DNA of 63,273 nucleotides, the filler included, from Choristocarpus tenellus KU-1152 (lineage: Eukaryota > Protista > Phaeophyceae): NCBI GenBank assembly GCA_964200185.2. It is 12 parts of 12 records of this genome, joined end to end, with 100 filler letters (N's around TTAATTAATTAA, not from the genome) between each part and the next. Parts side by side here need not be neighbours in the genome. Positions count along the whole stretch, not along the records: positions 45,910 to 52,153 come from CAXNAD020008586.1; positions 52,254 to 55,629 come from CAXNAD020020445.1; positions 55,730 to 59,232 come from CAXNAD020019582.1; positions 59,333 to 63,273 come from CAXNAD020017022.1; 8 more parts are not named here. The stretch is one strand, 5' to 3'. A program made the translations under genes and the position numbers. Shown one piece after another: positions 49,242 through 60,380 of the stretch; position 1 is the first letter of the stretch; each line of letters begins with the position of its first letter. The notes beneath the pieces are model-generated. The model searched no databases, was not told the origin of the DNA, and saw only the letters and a program-made list of their open reading frames with translations.

Positions 49242-52066
49242 ATGTCATCTGTAGCCTACGCTCTCCGCCGATCGCTTTCCTCAAGCCACAATTGGTCCAC
49301 ACGTGGGTTGTCCCTTCATCGAGAGGCATGGCATCATCCTACTTCCTGTTTGCCTGCTCACCGCCAATGCATCGCTAGAAAAACTGGAATAGATGTACGT
49401 CAATGCTCCTCCACTGCTGCTCCTGAGACCTTGGTCGGAGGTTTAGGTGGAAGTAGCACCTCTACAGCAACAAGGTGTGCCTTGAGTAAGGGAATCGGGG
49501 AGAGGTCAAGACCTGTTGCAGCGTGGCTATTTGGTACTGCGGGCGCCGTGGCTTTGATGGTGACGGTTGGAGGAGTTACACGACTCACCAAGTCCGGATT
49601 AAGCATGACGGACTGGAAAGTGCAGGGGTCACTCCCTCCTCTCACCGAGGTCTGTCAGTGGAGGGAGGCACCTGCTGCCCTAAATTGCACTTCTGAACAT
49701 TTATATATATATATATATATACTCCATACTACGTTTTGTTAGTTTTCTGTGATTACATGAAATCTCAAGGTCGCAAAGCTCCATACATGATATGTTGAAT
49801 TAGTTCTTATGTTGAACAAATCAAATTCAACTCTGACAAGCACTGGTGTATCTCCACATACTTATCCAATACTCTCTAGGCTACGCCTTCTTGAATCACT
49901 AACTCCATAGCCCCCATTGATGAACTTGAGGTCTTCATCTAGCCTGGTGCTACATTCGCCACAACTGAACTTTAGGAGCCCAAGTTCTAACCACTTAGCA
50001 CCTCCATCTACCCTATCTTTCCATCTGACAAGGCTGACTGGGAAAAAGAGTTTGCACGGTACAAAGAATACCCTGAATGGCAGCAGCGCAGGAGCATGAC
50101 CCTTGATGAGTTCAAGTATATATTCTTCTGGGAGGTCGGTGGGGCTCCACGCCCCAATCTTGCAGCAAGGGGTGTGCCGATTGCTGCCATGATACCAAAC
50201 AACCCATGCCTCCAATATCTGTCAAGCATAGTTTATTGTCTATTATATATGTATCCTCTCTGAAATAGGTGGGGAAATTTGTTGTCAATGGTAGCTTATA
50301 TTGTCATCTCAACACCACAATCACACACACACTAAACCCCGTGCATTCTAGGCTGTCCGCAGGATGAAAATTCTTGTGTGCCCACAAAACAGTTACTTAC
50401 TGCTGAACGAGGGTAGCTTCTGGAGAATTTTTTTTCCTCATTTGAAATAGAAATCATATGGTTCAACAACACCACATCTAGATTCTTGAGATTCCTTTCA
50501 AGGTCAGACATGCGTTGGCACCTCCCCCTAATTTTGCACCCAATCAGTACACCCTTCTCACTCAACCTGAAATCTCTATAACAAGTGCAATATTTTTTAC
50601 GGTCTAGTCCCATGACTCTGAGGACAAAAGAAATGTGCTGTTTGTTGTTGCTAAAGACAAAGAATATCAAATGATCCCAAGTAGCACGCCACCTTTCAGC
50701 CAGATTATCAGTTGTACAAAGTGCATGTAAGGTATTCATCGACACCTCTCCAATTCTCTCAGGAGGCCAATGCAAATAGACCACCACCCTGTACTGACAA
50801 GCCCTCACCACCTTTAACCAATAAATGACACCAGTACGGTCACCGAATGCTGGGGAGGGCACTGGGTTTGGTGTATGGAGTACCACTGCTCTACTTTGGA
50901 CTGCGGGGACACATTCCTTCCCACATACGGGGTAAAGTGGTTGGGCTGCTGGCACTGGGGGGTGGGCAGGGGCTTGTGGGTTGGTGGATGGTAAAGAGTG
51001 GACTGGAGGTGAGAGGATTCTGGTGCAACTTGCTTGGCCAACATCCGCAAAAGTCTTTACATTTCTATGCACCTTTGCCTGGGGATATAGAAGAATAGAA
51101 CACTAAATGACTTGTGAACTGTTGTTTTGCTTTGGCTTATGATACGATCAGTATGGAGGTATGGAGGCTTTTCTGCACAGCTGGTACTTCAGTGCTGGTG
51201 ATTTTTTTACCCTGGGGTATGTTAGTTCTGCTGGTGCAATTTGATGACATGCAATGTAGTGTATGGATTTACTATTAGGTAGCATTCCTGGAACCTTTTG
51301 GGTGGGCAATGTTACATTTTTCACCTCCAAGATAATCAAACTCGATCTGGTGCCTGATGGTAGAGCACTATTGATTAAAAACTTATGGGAGGATACCGGT
51401 CATTCTAGACACCTGGAGTGGCGTTTTCCATGTGGTTCAACTCCATAATTGATTTCATAGTGGGTTCAGGATGCAGTTGTTGTCTCAGTGATGCTTGTTG
51501 CGCCCTTTAACCTTGAGGGGTGAGGGCGGGGGAGTGTGCGTGGGGAGGGAAACGGGCTGTTGCCATGTGAAGGTGTGACACTATTGACTTGGTTGAACAT
51601 ACACAGGTGGCAATACAGATAACCTTGGATGGTGTTGTGGGTTCTTACAGGTCAGAACTGGGGCGAGGGGGCCTCATTGTTCAACGTCATCAGTGCCTGA
51701 GCATGTTACTATATGTACAAAAATTTTGAGGCCGATTCATCACCCCCATGCATGATAGTCCCTTTCCTTCACTGCTGCAATGTATACATGACCCTACAAT
51801 GCTATTTATTTCAGAAGAGTAGTGATGCATATCGAGCAGGGGGGGGGATAGAATGAACGAAGCGTACACATCCAAGATTCCCAGTCCTCACTCTTCAGTA
51901 TCTCTCCCTGTCTTACCGTTCAAACATCCTCTCAAACACGCCTCCTTAGAACCGCGATGGGGACCTTCAATCAGGAAAGGAGATTCGTGTCAGCCCGTAC
52001 CGCCTTGCTGCACATCTGGCAACAGCTTTTGCCACCTTCTCACTTCTAGTTCACACTGGTTTCCAG
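49242..52066 (+). CDS. COX15: Heme A synthase COX15, 3' incomplete; exons 49242-49649, 50033-50134, 50835-51008, 51950-52066
   Basis: Arg/Ser-rich mitochondrial-type presequence, [70 protein letters not shown]. Confidence 0.96.
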
Positions 52067-52253
52067 GTACAGGGCAGGGCGTAAAGGCAGGGGGGGGGGG
52101 GGATTAGGGCAGAAGGAAGAGATAAATAATGTGACACTTGAGGGCTGTCAGTTNNNNNNNNNNNNNNNNNNNNNNNNNNNNNNNNNNNNNNNNNNNNTTA
52201 ATTAATTAANNNNNNNNNNNNNNNNNNNNNNNNNNNNNNNNNNNNNNNNNNNN

Positions 52254-52270
52254 CCAAGATACTTTGACCC
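52254..52270. mobile_element. Family C TIR at contig start
   Basis: CCAAGATACTTTGACCC. Confidence 0.6.
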
Positions 52271-52283
52271 TTGTGGAGATCAG

Positions 52284-53130
52284 GGGTCAACGTATCTGAG
52301 GGGGTGGTGCCGGCGTCCGTTTTTCACCCTTTTTTCGATTTTCACTTTTTGGTGTTGTTTGGTCGCATGTGTCGGATTGGAAATGTGGGCAAAAAAAAGA
52401 AGACTTTGGTTAGGTTCCCTTCTGTCCTTGCGTACGCAAGAGGAATGGGGATATATGCCACCATTTATTTGGGCTTGGTTAGGAGTTTTGACGTTGGCAT
52501 GTGTCGGATTTCGAATGTGTTCAAACAGGCTTATGTCGACGGTTTATGTTGGTTTTATAGTTAGGATGAAGAATGAGAGATATGCCATTGGTTGTTTCAG
52601 GGCTAGTTATTGGATTGTTTGGTTACGTGAGTGGGATTTGGTCAGGACATAAAGATGGCTGTCGGTTAGGGTGTGTTTTCCCAGTGTTATCACGAGGAAC
52701 TGTAAGAAAAGACCATGGATTGTTTCGAGGTTAGTTTTTTCGCTTATTAGCTTGCATGAGTCATGTCTGGTGTGTACACAAAGAGGACTGTCCGTTAAGG
52801 CCTGTTCTCCCGGTGTGTGCACGAGGAATTAAAGAATAATCCATGTACTGTCTTAAATATATTTTTTCGTTCATTTGCTTGCATGTGTCGGATTTAGTAT
52901 GTACACAAACGGGGTTGTCGCTCAGGGTGTTAGGGTTAAAGTTGATGGCATGAAGGAAGGGAAAGGGTCAGGTCTTACTTTCGGGCTAGTGAATGATTTC
53001 TTTGATGTAATGTGCCGACGGATTCTGGATGTGTTCACAAAGGGTTATTGGTCAAGGGCTATTGCCGTACGTTTCGCTGGAAGTATCTCAAGATATACAA
53101 CCCTTGATTCTGGGTTAGGGTTAGTGGTTT
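52284..53130 (+). mobile_element. Long family C element: left end followed by a degenerate ~129-bp tandem array (x~6)
   Basis: First ~115 bp match 59038-59155; GCATGTGTCGGATT-like motif recurs near 52365, 52497, 52627, 52755, 52881, 53010; right end not found. Confidence 0.7.
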
Positions 53131-53997
53131 GAATACATCCTGATGAGGAACGGTTGGTTTGGTGTAAGTAGGGTCGATGACGGCACTGGAATGTAATTCA
53201 GATAAGACTCTTGTCTATTTTAGGTTGGCACGGGATGCAGATGGGCTCAGTGTAAGTGTTAGGGAAAGGATATGGTTAGTGTCGGTGGGCGGGGGTGGCG
53301 ATTCAGGACATTTGTCGAGTTCATGGCACATGTTTGGGGTAGGCTCAGGGTTGGTGTTGTGGTTAGGAGCACTGGGTATGGACTTCGGTATATGATCGTC
53401 CAAGATTTGAAGGAGGACGAGATCGGCCCTCGTTTGTTTGACACTTGGACAAAGAAAGCATGAGAAGGTGCAAAGAGTATTGAGAAGCAGGGGGGAGGTA
53501 GGTAGTAGAGTTCACGGAATAATTAGCGGCTGGTAAGAAGGCAACGTATCTATTGCAGGCCTTGGCGAATTGATAGGAAATTTAGTGGAAAAGATGGAGA
53601 AGAGATATTTAAAAAATGTTTTGTATTTTAGTAGTCTGAACCTTGTATTGGACACTCTCTGTTAAACAAATAAGAACACAGGTCTGATCCTCAAGACGAC
53701 TATCATGTACGGTACACTGACACCTCTGACTGGTAGCAATGTATTCGATACCACTGGGTAAATGCATAACCCATCGAATAGAAACTGCATGGACATGGTA
53801 GTCGGACACTAAGGCACACTTATGCACGAATCAGACACAAGCAACTCGATCTGCACTTCGACAAAAAAACTGAAATAACTGAAACCCTATTTCAATTGGT
53901 GGGCGGGTTCGAAATGACATTCCTCACCCTTTTCCTACCACTCTACAAGCTTCGGGTATGCCTCGGTTAGAAGGTGCAAGAGATTTAGGTGCGTGCA

Positions 53998-55137
53998 TTA
54001 CCTGTTGTTCCACGGTTTGGGCTTCACAAGGCTCTTGAAGATGGCCTTCCTTTCATGGAGTGTTTCCACATACTCCAAACGCAACGTGCTGCCAGGATTC
54101 TCTCCACGACCGTGGAGTTTTAGCTGTGTGGGCTCATGGATGTAGCAGTCATCCCCAAATACAAGATTTTTGACCGCTCTGCTGGCCTTTAGGAGCCTGA
54201 ACCAATGGTCGTATATGACCTGGGTAAGGATTTTACCCGGTACTGCGACGAAGGAGCCAAAATATCTTAGAGGGTAGAGATGCGTCCATGTGGGGGCCAA
54301 AATCTAATGCTGCGATTATTATGTAATCTTGGCGATCGTGTTTGTTAGGAAGTGTCAATATCCTTGTTCCGGACGCACCTTTTCATATCGTATATATTTT
54401 ATCTACTCTGAAAAGTTTCGGAGTAGGCCAAGTGCCAATAAATACCCGTGGAAAGTCAAGTCCCAAATGGACAAACAGGTCAAAACTCGTACCCTCTAAG
54501 ATACGTTCACTCAAGCGGGTTTTGTTGCTGATCGTAGAGGCTCGGTAACACATGCCTCCATGAAGGCTTTGGTGATCCCCACAATGAATGCATCGCCGGA
54601 GTTGACCGCATCCTCTGTCACGATGTCGTCATCCCCATGCGCGAACGTTTCATCGTCATTCTCATGCTCCGTAGTAGATGGCGCTACATTTTCCGCGTTT
54701 CCGTCCTTTCTGGCAGAAGTGAAGACGCCCACAAAAAAGCTAGGTTCTAATCTCTACCGTCATTTCTACGAGGATGTTTGAAGGGTCTCATCCATCCAGC
54801 ACTTTCTCCCAATCTCTTCTTTGTAATGACCGTCGTTTTGGTCTTCTCTTTACCCTTTGCCGAAGGCTTGTCCCTATGTGAGGAACCTGATGGTGTCAAA
54901 TCAACCCTTGGTGTGTGTGTGGTGTTGTTGACTCAGCATTAGTGAGTTTGCAATTCGCTCCACAGTATCGTCCTTCCTTTTCCCTCTACCCGTTGGGTCA
55001 TGATCCACGGACTCATCGATGATGCTGCCCACCGCATGGATGTTTGGGGACATTCCGGGGTCACTCCTAACAGGCATGGATTCTGAGTCCGTGCCTAGCC
55101 GCCCCCCACGTCCTTCTGGACATCTTCCTCTGAACAT
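53998..55137 (-). pseudogene. Unidentified coding relic (likely TE-derived) split by MITE A
   Basis: Protein-like ORF pieces abut both sides of the MITE (...EPLRSATKPA | FVAVPGKILTQVIYDHWFRLL...). Confidence 0.35.
54254..54512 (-). mobile_element. MITE family A
   Basis: Reverse-complement match with both TIRs. Confidence 0.9.
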
Positions 55138-55563
55138 GACTAAGTGTTACAATTGGGCCGGTCCCCATCGCCTTCAGGGTTGTTCTCTGAGGGTGTGGTT
55201 GGATGCCTTCCCCCATGTAGTGAACCGCTTCCTGCACCTATGGTAGGGTTAGGCGATGGCGTCTCCTGTTCCTCTTAATCACCTAGTGAGTCGGGTCCTC
55301 CACAAGGTATAGGCATGGATACACCACCAGTTACCAGTGTCTTCGCCAGCGCAAAATTGCAGAAGGTGGAGAGTTCGTTGATGAGGAGTTGGATATGATC
55401 CAGATTTTGGTTATCCCCGAGGGCGGTGCATGTGATTATGATGCCTCCTGGTCGGGTCTGGAGAAGGGCGAATGCTCTATCGTGGGCGGTCCTCGTTTCG
55501 GACTTGAATTTGTCAAGTTCGTACTCGGACGGCGTTTTTGTCGGGCGTGATCACAATATTTGT

Positions 55564-55629
55564 GGCTCAAAGTATCTGGGAGGGGGTGGCGACTGTCCAT
55601 TTGGGGTCAATTTTTTCATGTCGCGATTT
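55564..55629 (-). mobile_element. MITE family B, partial (cut by gap)
   Basis: GGCTCAAAGTATCTGGGAGGGGGTGGCGACTGTCCATTTGGGGTC. Confidence 0.85.
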
Positions 55630-55756
55630 NNNNNNNNNNNNNNNNNNNNNNNNNNNNNNNNNNNNNNNNNNNNTTAATTAATTAANNNNNNNNNNNNNNN
55701 NNNNNNNNNNNNNNNNNNNNNNNNNNNNNAGGAGGAAAATAATAACGAAAGGGGGG

Positions 55757-55789
<33 letters not shown>

Positions 55790-55794
<5 letters not shown>

Positions 55795-55942
55795 ACGCCA
55801 GGGTGTGTCCATTTGGCCCAAAATTAGGAAAAGTGCATCTATATTATCCATCCAACGTATGGAATCAAATCACCCAAAAATCGCCTTATGAAAAAAATGA
55901 TCCCAAGTAGACAGCCGCCACCCCCCTCAGCTACTTTGAGCC
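55790..55942 (+). mobile_element. MITE family B (left end lost in poly-G)
   Basis: Body plus right TIR CTCAGCTACTTTGAGCC. Confidence 0.82.
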
Positions 55943-57225
55943 ACTGCGTGAATCATCTGTCTAGATGAAACAACACAGCTGTTAGTAACATAAAGGGGAT
56001 CGGACTCTAGGACCTCTCATTTCAGTCCCATATTGCCTAGAAGTTTGAATTACATGTGGTGGACAACCTGTGTCAAGACAGAGCAACATGTTGGGGCTCT
56101 AGCCCCGTTAACGGGGTTCTGTAATGGAGGTCGAACGCAGGTAAACAATATTTGTGGGGGTCGATTAGCTTATCTTGGAGGGGCAGTTTGAGCACATTGA
56201 TTTGTGTATGAAGTGCATCGAACAAGAACAGCTCGTCCTGCAAAATCCTCTCTCATCCACCACATATCAAGTTATTGTGACCCCTGATGCATTATACTGA
56301 GGATGAATTTCCTTTTTACAAGGTCTAGACATATCTTACAACCAATTTTCTTGTTCGATACGTTTTCCCCCACCTCCCCTTGGGGTGCGACTCACCTAGA
56401 GCAGTGCTCACGAGATGGGGATAATGAAGACAACCCGTCCACCCTCTGGTAAAATTTCCCACATACTATTTGTCACATACTGGGGTTGTGCTTCTCAGTT
56501 CATGAAACATCACCATCTCGCTATGAAGACAACCTTTTGCACCTGACCTCATTCCAAGTGATGTAGTTTCCGAAATCTGCTGTAGGCGTTGAAGCAATCC
56601 ACATCAGCTAAGGTTATGTTTGATGCTTGAGCGAGTGGAGTGTTGATACGGAATTCTGGTATTCATTAATCAGTTCCCTTGTGGTAGGTGTGACGGGCGC
56701 ATTGCAAGCCTTTTTACAGAGGCAGGATATGAAGTGACCAATCCCAGCTTGAGCCTGATCTTGCACCACGTCCATTCCTCCTCTAGGTGAGCTCCATCTT
56801 CCTTTCAGAGCAAAAAGGAATATGATAATCTATCCATGCTCCCTGGACAATTGGGTTCTTCTACTTGAAGCTCGGTTATTTCCAGAATAGTGCAGAGTTA
56901 ATCAATGTGATTTGTTCACTCCAAAGTCCTGGTAATTTCATTGCCCAACCAAAAGAAGCTCCAGAATTCTTTCAAACTGTGTATCTGAATCTGTGTTTTA
57001 CGTAGACAAAGGTATTTCCCCACCTACAATCCTGAACGTAGGGTAGAATGCTCCAAAACATTTTGGGTCAAACCTCTGTGATAAAGATTCGCGAGGTAGA
57101 CATGATGGGTGACCTTCATTTGGTACAAAACCCCTATTGCTGCTCAAATAAGCTGCAGCCAATGGCAGATATTTGTCCAGATCCTCCGGAAGATAGAGAG
57201 GATGAGCTCAGTACATGCCTTCCAT

Positions 57226-57427
57226 GGTCACAAGTATCTGGAGGGGAGGGGGGGGTCTACACCAGGGTGTCCATTTGGACCAAAATCAGAAAAAAGTGCA
57301 TTTACATTATCCATCTGACGTATGCAACCAAATCACATAAAAATTGCTGTATGAAAAAATGACCTCAAATGGACAGCCGCCAATATCATAGCCAATCTTC
57401 GTTACCCCCCCCCGGTTACTTTGAGCC
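57226..57427 (+). mobile_element. MITE family B
   Basis: Both TIRs; small insertion near the right end. Confidence 0.88.
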
Positions 57428-58149
57428 AAGTAGTAGGTACTGCCACTATCTGCCCAACCACTATGTTTCTCTCTGGATTATAATTTAATTCTTCGCATTT
57501 ATCTGCCAGATTCCCACAACTAATATTGCCACAATATGTCCCTTGTCTGACCATCTGGCAGGGAGAAGGAGAGCATATACAGGGGGGAAAACCAGGTCCC
57601 TGGAGACACCGTCTATGTGCGCATTTCTGACAAGTGGTTGTTCTGAGTGTGACTAAGGGTATTCATCTCCCATCTGTAGATTATTTGGAACCTCTGTAAT
57701 TGGGTGATGGCAACGCACTGAAGAGGGCAGTGAAGGTCACTTCTCGTGTTTCCTTCAGCAGTGTGTGGTCTGTGTACAAAGTGTTGGAAGGAAGGACAGT
57801 GAGGAGAGACTGATTTTATCTTTGAAGTGCATTTTTTACAAATAAACCAGAAAAGGGCCACAGCAGCATCAAATGTGATTGTTGTTAATGTGCAACTTTG
57901 CTTAACAGCATTGCCTTATTATTCCTCTTCCCTCTTCCGTCTCCTTTCGATTCCCATAGGATCTTCTATAAGGTACGTTTTAGAGTCCATGAAAATGGGT
58001 AAATTGTACCTCTGGGTCAAAAATACAACCTCTGCCCCACCCTCACCTAGTGCATCTATCATCTATTTTGTATTCTGTTCTGTTTTTTTTAAGAACTATT
58101 TGTGTTCCTTCTTTTTTTACGCCGCTCATGTATGACAGTGCAGGTTAGG

Positions 58150-58945
58150 ACTAGTGGCACTCACATTCACTCAACTGAAGGCAAAGAGTGTCCACAGCTT
58201 GTCGCCATAGCACTAGCATAAGAGTAAATGTACACAATGTGGTCTTGGCATGATGGACGAAACACCCAGCCCATGGGGATGTGGTATGCAGTCTAAAGTA
58301 TATGTTCGGTGGGGGATGCCTTGTAGGTGTAGTAGATCTAGGATAACGCGAGAGAATCCAAACCAGTTGGATATATGCAGTTCAGACCCTGCATTTCTCA
58401 ACACACAACAGCTGTTGTTGCTGCTTCCCCATCCTCCTGTTTCCACATGCCATGGTAGGATACCGTAACAACACGTCCAAATGAGAGAACCTGAAAGTAT
58501 TAGTTTGGATTGATAGGCACATCGAAAAAAATCCAGTAAGATACCAAACATTTCAACTTATCAAAACTCCTGTTCACCCCTTGACACCATGATAAGGGGT
58601 GATAGAAGATACAAATTCATCATCAGGGTTAGCGTTACAAATAATGCCTGCCTAAATACTCTTCCAGGGTCAGTGAATGTTCTATGGAGGGCAGAATGTC
58701 GAAAGATAGGGCATGTCTCTAAGGGTATGGTTGTGACAAATACTAATGACCCAGTTCCTGTATTTGCACCCCTTGATGCAAAAATCTTGCCCTCCACTCA
58801 TTCGAAACATGTGATTTGTAAATGTGCATCCAAGTATTCCAACATCACACCTCATCATCAACAAAGTAAAGGGAAAAAAATGTTGACATCTTTTCCAAAT
58901 ACTGGTACATACATTACACACACAATTACCATGGATTTTCATTTA
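58150..58945 (-). pseudogene. KDZ (Kyakuja-Dileera-Zisupton)-like transposase relic
   Basis: Ordered motifs across frameshifts: MRCDVGILG (~IxCDGxxLG), SGSLIWTCCYGI (~GGxxxxxCxHG), FVHHAKTTLC (~FHxxxHxxC), VNVSA (~NTSxxEQ). Confidence 0.4.
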
Positions 58946-59037
58946 TCTTTAGTTATAAACTGGATGACCGATACCACTTTTGTCGAAAACATATGATTGG
59001 AGAACATTGGAAGAGGTGAATGTAACTTACATAGGAA

Positions 59038-59214
59038 GGGTCAACGTATCTGGGGGGGGAGTGCCGGCGTCCGTTTTTCACCCTCTTTTCGATTTTCACT
59101 TCTTTGGTGTGATTTGGACGCACTTGTCGGATTTGAAATTTCAGCAAAAAAAAGAGTTGTTTGACCGGAACGGACGCCCCCTCGCAACCCCCTCCCCCCT
59201 AAATACTTTGACCC
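59038..59214 (+). mobile_element. MITE family C, complete short copy
   Basis: TIR GGGTCAACGTATCTGGGGGGG / CCCCCCTAAATACTTTGACCC with subterminal GCGTCCGTT / AACGGACGC. Confidence 0.88.
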
Positions 59215-59332
59215 AGCAAACGAAAAACGATTNNNNNNNNNNNNNNNNNNNNNNNNNNNNNNNNNNNNNNNNNNNNTTAATTAATTAANNNNNNNNNNNN
59301 NNNNNNNNNNNNNNNNNNNNNNNNNNNNNNNN

Positions 59333-59375
59333 CCCCCCCACCCCCCCCCCCCCCCCCCCCCAGATACTTTGACCC
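59333..59375. mobile_element. Family C TIR at contig start
   Basis: (C)nAGATACTTTGACCC. Confidence 0.6.
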
Positions 59376-59570
59376 TGTACGAGTGTTACTCACACTTTTT
59401 GGGGTCCTTGAAATCAGTGCAGTAGCAGTAGCGTCACTATGTATTGCTAATAAGGTAACCTACTACCACTACCAAGTAATAATGTACGGGTAATAGTGAG
59501 GAGACCTATTGCTATCTTTTCTGAGGCCAATGCTTTGTTTTATGACACCTCCCTCATGTGTTTGGCCACC

Positions 59571-59828
59571 GAGTGAAAGTATCTTAGAGGGTACGAATTT
59601 TGTCCTGTTTGTCCATGTGGGGCTTGGCTTCCCATGGTTTTTTATTGACATTTTATCTACTCCAAAATATTTCGGATTAGGTAAAATGTATACGTTATGA
59701 AAAGGAGTGTCTAGACAAGGATATTGACATCTCCTAACAAACATGATAGTCAAAATTACATCAAAATTGCAACATTGGATTTTGGTCCCCAAATGGACGC
59801 GGCTGTACCCTCTAAGATACTTTGGTTC
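59571..59828 (+). mobile_element. MITE family A
   Basis: TIRs present; 4-bp TSD CACC. Confidence 0.93.
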
Positions 59829-60380
59829 CACCACACAATTCAAGCACCTCGTGCACAACTGACCCATCAATGTGTTCGCCCCTACAAAAAGGGGTGACTG
59901 TGCTTCTAAAGATTTCCAGGGACCTAGCAGCATCTAATAATATGACCAGCGTCTGTATGGAGATTACACAAGAGTGTGTGTTGCTGTCACTGTTACTGTT
60001 TTGGGGCTGCCTACTTCAGGATGATGCTGTTTCCTCCCCATGTGCCTAGTAGGCTTTGATGCGTTCTGCTCTACACGAGTCGTTCACAAGACCTTACAAC
60101 TGGGGAGAATCAAACCCTTGTTCAGAGGGTGACCCCTATTCAATGTGATGAGCTATTACCTGCGGTATGTATTGCTTGGAATGTGGAAGGCGAGTCTTAG
60201 TCCATACAACCAAAGTAGTACAGAAAAAAGACATCCATGCTGAGAATACAGACTGATTATTAGTTCGCCTTCTGTGCGAAACGAGACAAGACAAGCCTCA
60301 GTTGTAGTTGGTGCTCTGCTACTGCATTGCATGGACAAGGGGAAAGAGTCATACCGCCAACCGTGTAGCACCATACTGTT

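Noticed and set aside
53140-53175. Hammerhead core CTGATGAG (also 17494, 26578, 38710)
   Set aside because: No matching GAAA or flanking stems found.
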